DNA from: Phoronis australis | Taxonomy: Eukaryota; Animalia; Phoronida | Direction: 5' to 3' | Assembly (NCBI GenBank): GCA_002633005.1 | Contig: NMRA01000086.1 | Coordinates: 124,001 to 188,000, forward strand | DNA length: 64,000 nucleotides | Shown here: in pieces, positions 42,201-54,200 of the stretch | Numbering within the stretch: the first letter of the stretch is position 1 | Layout: each line of letters starts with the position of its first letter | Notes under the pieces: model-generated | Seen by the model: the letters and a program-made list of their open reading frames with translations, nothing else | Database searches by the model: none | Told to the model about the DNA's origin: nothing | Made by a program: the position numbers and the translations under genes

Positions 42201-45200
42201 TTTTTATCCTCATCAGTAAGCTCTGAAAAGCTTCCGTTGTTGAGTACTCGGGCCAACCTAAAGTATTTCTTGTTTCTCTCGCTCCTACCCTCAATCCACT
42301 GAGGCGGTCATTTGAGTTGGTAAAATGCTATATTTCTCATCTTTCATTTTCAGGTGCACTCAATTTTACAACAGTCCCAGAAAAGCTTGCATCAGATTCC
42401 AAATCAAACGTTTTGTGTCACGCTCATATTTTACAGTCTTTGCGCTAGCCAGGGTATTTTACTAATTCCTTATAGACTACTTTCTGCTTCACCTTCTCTT
42501 AGACTTTCTTTTTCATCGACTTCTTGGAGTTCTATATCTAATACTTGGGCTGCAGGTTCAGCCTCCGCTTCTTTAACAACAGAGGTCAACTGTTTCTGCA
42601 GTGAATAGGCTCGCCTAATTTCCGCTTCAACTTTAAACACATGACGGTCAGTGGTAATGGCATCCTGCTCATATTTGAACACTGCTTGTAGGAGGTTGGG
42701 AAGTGTTGCTGCCAGGAGTGTAGTTAATGCCTCTCCTAGATTAGCGATAGAGTTCTTACTGAACACATCAATTGTGGTTGCGATGAGGTATAGGAAACCA
42801 GCTGTGATCAATAGTTGTCCAATGGCAGGCAGCTCATGTTTACTTAGGGGAAAGAGGCGGAACAAAACATTGTAATAGAGATCATGTGGTATAAGCGGGA
42901 TGCCATCCCTTCTGTAGATGACCAGTGGATATGTATGGGTTTCTATCTTTTCATTTGCTTCACACTTGGACTCTAGTCGCTCGTGTTCTTGCAGACACAC
43001 ATCAAAAATAATTTTCTTGTAGTACAGGTATCGATTTTCAACGTTACCCAGCGTTGTTTTCAAAAAGTACCACCCAGCTGCAATAATTGATAAGATCGGC
43101 ATGACTTGGAGGTAGTTTTTCACGGCTCCTCTCACACTATAGATAATTATGATTACAACTATTCTCGATGACTCCATGAATATGTAGACTGCAAATATCA
43201 TTCCCCATACAATTACCACCAGAACTATCATTATGGCCAACAATTTTGCAAGCTTTCGGCGGCCATATGTTCTTACCAACCTCCGAGTTTCACTGTCTTC
43301 TGGTTTTCTCACATTTCTTACAATCATATCAAATGGCAAACAGTTTGTCAAAGGTAAAAAGTTCAGCAAACTGATGATATATCCGAAGAACAACAAAATC
43401 CTAATCATTGATTCTTTGAGTCCACATTGTTCTCGACATCTAAATAATGCAACTAACTCTTTAAACCAAAAACGCCAAAATTTTGGGTTGACTATCAGTG
43501 ACAGTCGGTGAGCCATTTTCCTTTGTATCTTCCTAGTACCTTGATCATATATTGTTTTTTGTCTCAGGTTGTAAGGAAGCTTAATGAATCCCATATAACC
43601 ATCATCTAGGGCTAGACGTTCTGTCAGCATATACAAAGGTACACCACTGGAGAAAATTACCGCAGTGACACCGTATGCAACCATGCATATAGACCAGAAT
43701 ATGTACCTTGGGTTTGAAAAGAAATTACCTGCATACAGATGATCAAAGAAGAGCAATTCCATCAACTGTCCAGTGATGTTCATCTTTGTTTCAACATCTA
43801 TCAAAAACATGATATGGTCGTTGTACATGAAGTGTACTACAATCCAATAAACGTAAATAACGGCCGGATAAAGCAATACAAAGAACAGCAGCCGTCGTAT
43901 CACTCCGATCACAAGATTATCAACGTTCAGTAGCAGAAGGAACTTAAAAGGGTGTGTTATTCGGACAGGAGTATGTTTATTGTATGTGATGTATTGGACA
44001 CCGCTGTTGACTTCTGTTTCAATTGGGGACAATGTTGAGGGCTCTGAACACAGAGGCTCTGTTTGCACAGTGTGCTCATTGAAATGAGAATCAGTCTTTG
44101 CTGCTGTACTTTTGGAAGTGCTAGGTGTGCTGTCAAGTTCATTATGTTGCGTGGTCTTGTTCCGCTTTTTGATATAGTTTGGAAACTCCACTTCCTCTAC
44201 CTGATCATTGTGTTTAAGGTTCAGGCTCTCGAGCCTTTTATGAACCAGGCTTTTCTTTCTTCTAAGAGTGCCATTTGGTTCCAGTATATAAATCTCTTTT
44301 TGTTTGGTAAAGAAGGAAGCAAGCAACAACGGACTGAGTGAAAACACAAATACATATAGAGTGATTGTAAACCATCCACTTGTGTATATCCCGATGAAAT
44401 GACCACATTCTGGGCTCATCTGGTCAAAAGTGCAGCAGTATGGTTGAGTGTAGTACTGGTCCTTTGTGGATTTGGCGAGCTTGTGGTAACACAATGAAGA
44501 ATTTGTTGATATGTAATAACCCAAGCTTTGTTGTAAAACAAACATCATTTGTTGTAGCGAATCAATTTGCATGCCATTACTCCTTAGGTTGCACTTTGCG
44601 GTAAAGTTTAAGGTTACGAAGCCGACATCGGTTGAAAGAATGCCAAGTGAGTAAAACTCAAAGCGGAAATCCACTTTCAACAATTCCAAACCCTCGCCTT
44701 TTCTTATCCAGATCCACCTGTCCATTCGTAGAATTTCCTGGTAACTGGTTTCTGGAAAGATAACTCCGTCGGGGAAATTCAGCGTCATATAGACTAGGCT
44801 GCGCTTGTTCTCGTGAATGAGTTGTCGTAAAGCCTGCACTGACTCATCTGTGACACTGTACTCGCAGGGTGTCCATCCAACGGGCAGCTCAGCTAACTTA
44901 TCAACTACATACTTCATATCTTTGAATAGACTTGTTCTTACTTGGCTGTTCACCTGTCTCACCACGTGCACCAACGTAAATAGAAAAAATAATGTTCCAG
45001 TATGCATTTTATATTAAATTCTGTTCCTCTTTGAATTCTTGAACAGTTGTTCAGCTTTTATGGAAGGTCCTTAGTCACCTACAAACATAGAATAAATTGA
45101 CAAGTTTTCCTTAATTTTTGTCTTAATCAGGAAGTATTTGTCGTCTATAGTTTTAAAGTGCTGCCTTATGTATCTCTGTTAACATCGTGTGAGGAAAAAC

Positions 45201-48200
45201 TAAAAAATTGGGCAACGGGGAATAAATTGTAGTTGCATATATTCAACATCCTGTCAATTGTCTGTTCGTCGTCCATCTGTCATTATCTTTACTTAGCAAT
45301 TGATTTTCTCAAAAGATGCTTTACGGATAATTATGAAATTTTGGTCAGACTTATTTGGTAGGGATGCGCTGCCATCAGTCTGTTTTCTGTTTGTTTTTGT
45401 CAACCGACTAGACAAATTTTGTCTAAACTTGAAGGTATGAATCGGGGTTGCGCTGACACCAGTTTGAATGGAGTCCGCTATAAGCCTTACATAGGATTCT
45501 CTGTTGGCTTTCTTTGTATCAGTTATTGTTACATCGTGACAGATTTTTGTTAAAACTTGACTTGAAGTTTGATGACTGAGAGATGCCTTGTCAATTGTCG
45601 TATTACAATTTGAGCATGTAATACGAGGATGCTCTGCTATCACTTGATCTTCACGTAGATTTGACTACAGTCATACCCGCTGTTGGCCATTTTAGTTTTT
45701 GGCAGGAGTTTCCTTGTCCGGTGTTAATTATTCAAACGGCTTGCCAAGTTTTGATCCCGCTTTACTCAAAGATACGTTGGTGTGTGCGGTCACCAGATTA
45801 TTTTCAAGCAGATTTAGCTACTGTAGCATTCCATTTTGGCAATTTTAGGTTTTCTCAAGGCATTGCTTGTCCATCAATTATTGTCAAAATTACTAGAATC
45901 CTGGCTTTTTTTGATGAAAATTGACACTGGTTTGTGGCTGGGAAACACCAGCACCAGTTGGATGAGACATACAGGGCTGCTATAGCACCACCTGTTGACC
46001 TTTTTATGCGCCCACATATTGATATATGGTCGTTTATTGCCGTCATGTCCATCTGGGCGTCCGGCGTCTGCAGCTTTATCTCCTAAACCCCTTACAGGAT
46101 CTTGATGAGATTTGGCAGATGTGCTTTTATCAAGATAACGACGGATGATGACAAATTTCAGCCCTTTCCGACTTCGGGTGTACCCCCTAGTGGCAATTTT
46201 AGTTTTTTCTTACGCTCACCTTTGTATCTTTGGAGGTCCTCAACGTATTTTCACAAATTTGGAATATAGGCGTTTATTAGTGAGATGACAGTATCCTCTC
46301 GTTTTCGGATGGATTTGCCGTAGTTTACGCCACCTAGTGGCCATTTTTATTGTTTTCGAGTCTTTTTTGGCATCCGTCGTGAAAATTGGCATGTATGTCC
46401 TTATTATGAAAAGTATGGCTGACGAAAATTTTCCAAAGTGTTCAACTACTGTGGCGCCTCCTAGTGGCAGTTTTTTTTTGCGTCCATGGCTGTATCTCCT
46501 AAACCGTTTGCAGGATCTTTACTAAATTTAGCAAGTGCATTTATATGATGTTGACAACAGATGACGACGATGACTTTCACAGTGGCAATTTTAGTTTTTT
46601 ACGTTTATCTCTGTATATTCAAAGGTCCTCAACACATTTTTATAAAATTTGGGATATAGGCGTCTATTACTGATATGACGCTATCCTTGTATTTTCGGAT
46701 GGATTGGAGGTATTTTGCGCCACCTAGTGGCCAGTTTTACTGTTTTCGAGTCTGCTTTTTGGTGTCCACTCCTCTATCAACCAAACTGCTTTAAGGATGA
46801 TTGTGAAAATAAGCGTGTATGTTCTTACTATGAAGAGGATGGCTAACGATGATTTTCCGATGCCTTCAACTACTATGGTGCCTTCTAGTGGCAGTTTTGT
46901 TTTTTTTGCGTCAACGGTTTGCAGGATCTTTACTAAATTTAGCAAGTGCATTTATATGATGCTGACTACGGACTACGACGATGACTTTCGCACAGATTTT
47001 TACACCAGTGTGCCCCCTAGTGGAAATTTTAGATTTTTAGGTTTATCTCTGTATTTTCAAAGGTGCTCATCGGAGTTTCATAAAATTTGGAATATAGACA
47101 TCTATTGGAGAAGTGACGCTATCCTACCATTTTCAGATGGATTCAAGGTATTTTGTGCCACCTAATGGCCATTTTTACTGTTTTCAAGTAGGAGGACACA
47201 TGGCTTTAGGTATTTTTAGAACCTTGGATCAAAGATGATAATTCGTTTCAGTGTGTTAAATGTGAAAATTTCAGTTTAATTTGAATTTTAGCCATCTTTA
47301 CTCATCAATGTCCCCGATTCGTCAGTTTTAAGTAGTGCATGGCACTGATACACGTTAGGGAGACGTACTGTGATGTATGTACAAAATTCTCTACTTAACT
47401 GGGAAATTTGTGCAAAAATGATTGTCAAAATGTTCATTTTTCAAACGTTGATTACGTTTTGCAAATAATGGTATTTTTAACAAAAATATTATTTTATGAC
47501 AACTGCACACTATAATCCAAGCTGGTAATGGACTAAAATGTCCTTAATCTTCACTTTTTTAGAGAAATTCACTTGCCGATCATATTGTGTGCTAAATAAG
47601 TAAAGAATTGCCTTATTATCATTTGAGTCATTTGACTTCAGAACACTGCACTGTGATCACCTTTGAATTGATAAGTATCATGATTTAGCGCCTGGGCCAG
47701 CTTATCCAATGTTCTTCCCCCATTGGCCATCACAATTCATTGATAAATAAATGTTTATGGTGACAGATGCTAGCTGTGAATGTTTACAATATGGTGGAAT
47801 TTACTCCTTGGGTTCATAGTCATGTGCCTCATTGTTTAAAGTCCATCCAAGCACATCATTTGGCTGAACTACATTTTTAAAAATCCATTTTTGGAAATTT
47901 CTTACAAACAATTGAAGTTATTAAAGTCGTGTGTAAACAGTCTACGCTGTAGTCTTTATTGAGGATAAGAGTCAGAGATACATTATGTTAAGCAAAAACG
48001 CTAATCATCCAGATGGTCCTCACAAAAATAGTCGTACACCATCCCTTAATGTGTGACGTGCAAATTAAACAGTATTAAAAGTGACAAAATTGCTCATAAT
48101 TCTGTTCTTGAGAATGTTGTTTTACAGTTTTATGGTACATTACGGTATCTAAGCTATAATCCTGGGGCCCGTTTCAAGAAAACTGACTTAGCTAACTTAA

Positions 48201-51200
48201 GGCAAATCTTAAATCTCAGCCAATTTAAGATCAAACTCAGTTAAATTTGTCTCAAGTCTGCTTCAGGAAGGAGATCTTATGTTTGACTTAAGTTTTTTAC
48301 TAAAGTGAACGTAAGTTAGTTTCTTGGAACGGTCCCATGACCTTTCGTTTTTTTTGTTGGTGTAAAGGTTCTGAAATTAATACATTATCAATTATCAATA
48401 TGTATTAAAGAATTTCCTTGATCGTTTAGCCCTGCCTGCTTTAACACATGACTTTCTGCATGGTTCGGAGTAGTTTCTAGTTCTAGTCACATAAGATTTA
48501 GCTGAGGGTTGGATGCTTAGCATAATGACAATTTTTGCAAATGCGACCTGGCAAAATTTACAGGTCACCAAACAGGAAGTGGGGTCTCCAAACCTTGTTG
48601 GCAAGGGCCGAAAATGAAATAGACGAGATACCTGAAGTGGAAAGGCAGTGAATTCCGCAAATATCCGCCATATACCACGTGCCCTACTGACGGCCAATTT
48701 CCTCTTTTGGGCCCAATATCGTACACACCTGAGATGTAGGCCCACCCCCCTGAGGCAGACGAGCACAAGCTATTCCAATTTTTTGCCATCTGTTTACTTC
48801 CTTTAGCATTTTAAATGCATGCTAGGAAGTATTATGGGGACTTCATGGCAACCTGGGATTTTTACCACATGACATTCTCATGACAACAAAAATCAAGTGC
48901 TCTTTTACTGTTTTTACCAACTGTCTGTCATTCTGAGGAAGTCCAATTGTCAGCATACATAGCAATTTGTCTATATCTTCTGTTTTTGTGTTTGATGACT
49001 AATAGATGCATTCAACAAATGATGCTAAAATATTTCAAAGATCTGCACTTACCTTGATGTCTGGGTTATTTTTGAATTACAGCATTTCACACAGTGTATA
49101 GCAATGAACAAAGCCAGCAAGAAGTCATGTACCATCATGTTATGAATATAAATTTACCATTCAAATGAGCTTGGAACGCTGGATAAATCGCGTCATCCGG
49201 TCAAGTTGTCCAGTCTGTCAGCAGTCTATTTGACGTGTTGACGTTCTTACACAAGGCATGTACTGTATTGCTGAGCCCATACAAACCAGCACTTCGTTAT
49301 CCTCTGGTGATTGCAGAGGTTATATAGTAATCGTTCCCCGCTTTTTATCTTCTTTTGAGTTATCTGTGCTCATGTCTTATTGTGAGCCTGCTTGTACATT
49401 CCAAGTTTGTACTGTTAGTGTTGATGTGACCCAATTATATTTTTAACTTATTTTTGTGCTCTCAATAACATCACAGTGCGGTTGACCTCAGACTACTCGT
49501 ATTACATGCACTGCTGACCTCAAATGTGAAAAGGTGGTTGTTTGCTCATTCTACGATCATGAGTTTTTGTTCTGTCTACACTGTGTTGCTGAATGTGCTA
49601 ATGTAACCCCAAGCATCTACATAACAATTATTATTGCTATATGAGTGTTTCTTACTTAGGGTGATTCAACTAAGCTTCCTTAAATTACAAGTGTCCCTTT
49701 TACACACAGATTACAAAATAATACAAATATCCACTTATATTGACGTTTTATCTTGTAACTGTAAAAATTCCTCAGTTTGGAACACAAAAAGCAGAATTTA
49801 AATTGTTATTTTTAAAGATTTTTTGTTTGGTGGTTTGTGATACCTGATGACAATCAGAAAACATTTGTTAATAACTATTTTTCTTTGGTTATTTGACACA
49901 ATGAGATTCTATAACCCTACCATATAGTGATGAACATGGTTATTATCATACACCTAATATAAAATACACTCCAGGTATACTTTGCTTACCTCAAGATAAC
50001 AACTGTCACCCATGGCGCATCCATCATACACCAAGGTATTCTACATGACATAGGCCTGACACCTTTATATTTCGGTTGTTTACTTAACTGTTGGGTCATG
50101 AAAGATCTTTTTGGTCATGATTCTATTTACCTTTTCATGATGCATAGAAGATGAATTTGAAAACCTTTCAGTTCTGAGCTTGAAGATGCATTTTGCTCCA
50201 TTTTAAGCTGCGGAAGAAATGAAAATCGAGTACAACCGGCTTTTACTGTCATGAAATCTTTCTTTTAATATTATTCATTACCATGATAGGAATCTATTTC
50301 CGTTACTTACAACAACATCAAAACTATCAGCTACTCAAGAAAATGACGCATTGCCTGGTAATTGATATAGAATACTGTCATGATAAGGAATATTACGAGA
50401 CCAATTTAATGAGGGTGAAAGGTGAAATGCAGTTTTAATTATTGTATTTGTGACTGCTTCTATGGTCTGTAGTGGCAATTTTATTATTTTCTTTACATTT
50501 GCCTCAGTATATTCGAACTTCATTGATGGATTTTCGTGAAATTTTGGCAAATAGGTTTCTATTTAGGAGGTAACGATGCTCTTTCATTTTCCTTTGGATG
50601 CGATGTATTTTTGCACTACTCAGTGTCGATTTTTATATTTTCGAGTCCATTTTTGGGCATCTGCCTCTTCATTTGCCAAATTGCTTAAAGGATCGCTTAA
50701 AAGGCTGACAAATGTGTTGCTGACACGAAGGCGGAGGATAACCTTCATTTTTGGATGATCTGACCACTGTGGCGCGCTCTGGTTCTGATTTTGTCTTTTT
50801 TGCATCCTTGGCTGTATCTGATTACTCCATTGATAAATCTTTGTAAACTTTTGCAAGTGTTATCCCTTAAATACTGCCTACGTCCTTTGGACGGTTGTAG
50901 CAACCGCTGCACCCCCTTGTGGCAATATCAGTTTTTCGTTTGCCTCTGTATTTTCAGAGTTCATTGACAATTTTTAATCAAATTTGACTAACAATTTTCA
51001 GTCGTAATGGCGATAGCAGCATTCCATTTTGGGATGGATTTGATGTATTCTGTGCCATAGTGGCCATTTTTATTGTTTATGAATTGGGATGGAATAGGTT
51101 TTGCTTTGCTTTCCGACTAGATGTTCAATAGGTAAATCACTTTCTGAAAGACCTAGGGAGTCTGGTGAGTCAGACGTTTCTGCCCTCTCTAAGGGCTGTG

Positions 51201-54200
51201 TTCACTGACTAGAGGCTTACAGCTCCCAGCAGTGTATAACCTAATTCTAGAACCAGGTCAACCTGAAGCGGGAAATACAATCAGTGAACAAGGCCCTTTG
51301 AGAGAGGGCAGAAACGTCTGACTCATCAAAGTCACGTTTTTCAGCAACTGATTTACCTATTGAATATTTTTTAGTTGTCTGCCTTTGAATTCGCCAAACC
51401 AGTCAGAGGATCATTATGAAAATGAGCAGATGTTACATTACTACTGACAAGAGCATGACTGACATAGATTTTCAGATGGGTCCAACTACTCTGGTGCACC
51501 TTGTAACATTTTTTGCATGTGTGTGTCTATATCCTAAATCCCCTTCCAATATCTTTTGGAAGGTTGGCAATTGTATTTCCAATTAACTTAACAATGGATC
51601 GATGGTTAGGCAACCACTTTGCCTCCCAATGGCAATTTGTTGTTTTCACATTCCCCTCTGTAGTCCGTTACCGATGTTCAAGAAATTTAGAAAACTACTA
51701 TCTGTTCGGGGACAAGGACATCTTCCCTGGTCCTGCCAAATGTTACAGATTCATCAGTATGTATTCTACGTAAATTTAGGGCCTAAAAAATAAGGCATAT
51801 GTATTTTCAAGTGCTACAGATTATCCCAAAAATCAGTTGAAAGTTAAAATTATTTTTAAATTGTCATTGTTTCGAAGCACCAGACTGGTTAAGATCAAAG
51901 CAGAATATACTGGATGGAAATAGTCAAGAATGCAAGATCCGACCAATAAGACGTATCCTGAGTACCAGTGCATAACACAATTTGCCTACAAAATTTACCT
52001 TTTGTGGTTGATCAACTGCAGTTACTTTGTGAAGAACTGACCAATCAAAAATCCGCTTACTTGGTTTTGCACAGTGGGATATCATATGTTTTGGAAATTG
52101 TTTTAAGGTGCCAAGGGCGGAATTTCGGAGACAAGTTTACTGAGGAATTAGATTACATTCAGAAAACGGGAATGCCATTTGCCACGTTTTGTTAGACACA
52201 CCTCAACAGTAAGAACCCTGCAACACCCGGAGCATGGCTCAGCAATTTAATAACAATTCATCGGGATTTTTGGAGCCTTGGTAATTTAGGGAAAAATCAA
52301 CCATTACAGCAAAAGCCGAAAAACATCGGATACGTTCAATGTATTCTGTGCCATACTAATACCTTGGAGCACACTATTAACACTGTAGTAGTGGGTTGCT
52401 CCTGTTGTGATGTGCTATCAATACCTTTGCAAAAAGTTACTTAGTAGCGGTCAAAATTTTTGACTTACATGCAGTATTCCTGATGTCACACATGGTTGAC
52501 AAATGAAATTCTGTTTTGTCAAAATTCCTCCACTAAAATAAAGATTAGGAAATTTTTACTATCCTACATTACCTTTGAAAATGATCTGACTTCACTAACA
52601 TTGTGGTGAATAGTTGTGTGGTATTGTTATTCTCTATTTGCTAGTGAAATTCTAGTGCTGTATTGCTGTGCCATTAAGCCCATGTGTGTCTGCACAGAAC
52701 TGTGCTAATATAATTTAGGCACAGGTGCTAATATGTAATCCATGGGTAAAAAAGGCCTCAAAAGAAGGCATTATTTCTGATATAGGTCCATGGGCCTAAA
52801 ATTGCGAAATATGGTAATACAAAACTATTTACCTAATTTTTTGAAAATACACAAAGGAACTCCCAATGATTAGAGGCAAGTGTAAAAAATGCCATTAAGA
52901 TGCACAGCTGTGGTCAAAACAGGTGCGGCTATATGCGAATTAATGTATTGGCCTATGCAGGGGACATTACCTGGGCTCATGTGAAACTTAGGCACATGCG
53001 CCAATATGTGAACCACTCGGGTAAAAAGGCTGCAAAAAGGCATTATTTCAAATGTAGACCCATGGGCTTAAAGGCATGGCAATATGGTATGAATGTGTTT
53101 CCTAACATATAATGTAGGGATTTTTTAACATGCAGCATGAAAACTATCAACTTGCTTTTTATTAAAAACTGCTTGACAATAACAGGGAAACTGGTTACCA
53201 ACAAATGAACATACAACGAAGACAGTTTCAAGGAAATTGTTTTTAGTGACATTATTAGCAAGAAAAATAATTTTCGGAGATCAGCCCTAAAACAGAATTG
53301 AACTCTCAACCTCTATTAAGCAAATCTTACGCTAACAAGATTTGCACGCAAGTGGACGAAAAAGCATGTCGCTTAGGCATTGGGGTAACAAAACCCCAAA
53401 ATATTAGCGTAGGATTTGTCTCATGTCTGCCGTCATTAAGTCCGACACTCTGCTGGTGGAGCCAAACCTCTCTTATTATATGGCAGAGTAAGCTAAATGT
53501 ATTTAGTAATGTCTGCACCCTTGATTTCAGCAAATTACTGGCAGTCAACGGTGAGAATTGGTGATTCCTAATAAGTTCATAACACAAAAGGATTTTGTTG
53601 TTTTATAAATCTGGTCACAGGTAATCACTGCAAGAAGTCAGTATTAACCAGTAATAATCAGCCCTAAAACCAAACACTTGCCTTTAAAGTGGAAGAAGCT
53701 TCTCTCAAAGCACAACTAAATACAAATTCATAACATAACGTGTAATTAAGTTTGAAACTGATAAAAATACACTCTAAAGCAACTACAGTAATTAAGTATA
53801 AAATGTAGCAAGACTTCTACCATATTTATCCAGTTAGCCAGATATCAAAAATAGCTGAAGGACAGTGGATTAAAGGATTTCGAGGTTTCAGTTGAGTCGA
53901 CGTGATGACGGTCACTCCTTTGAAAAGTAAACGTGTGATTAAAAGGAAAGTGATTATTGGAGCTTCATATGAAAATGTCACCCTTAAGTTCCCCCACAAT
54001 GTAACCCTTCTGTAAAGGGTTAATACCCTTCAGTTCCCCCACAATGTAACCCTTCTGTAAAGGGTTAATACCCTTAAACCGTATAAAATTCCTTTTGAAT
54101 ATAATTTGAATAAACAACCCAATTGGCAATATATTCTCATAAACATAACAAACTGCAGTAAAACGTAAACATTTTTGTTGAAGAAAATGAACGGGATCCC

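Noticed and set aside
41996-42472. Stop-codon readthrough from paralog B into the downstream in-frame ORF
   Set aside because: Several additional in-frame stops lie between them
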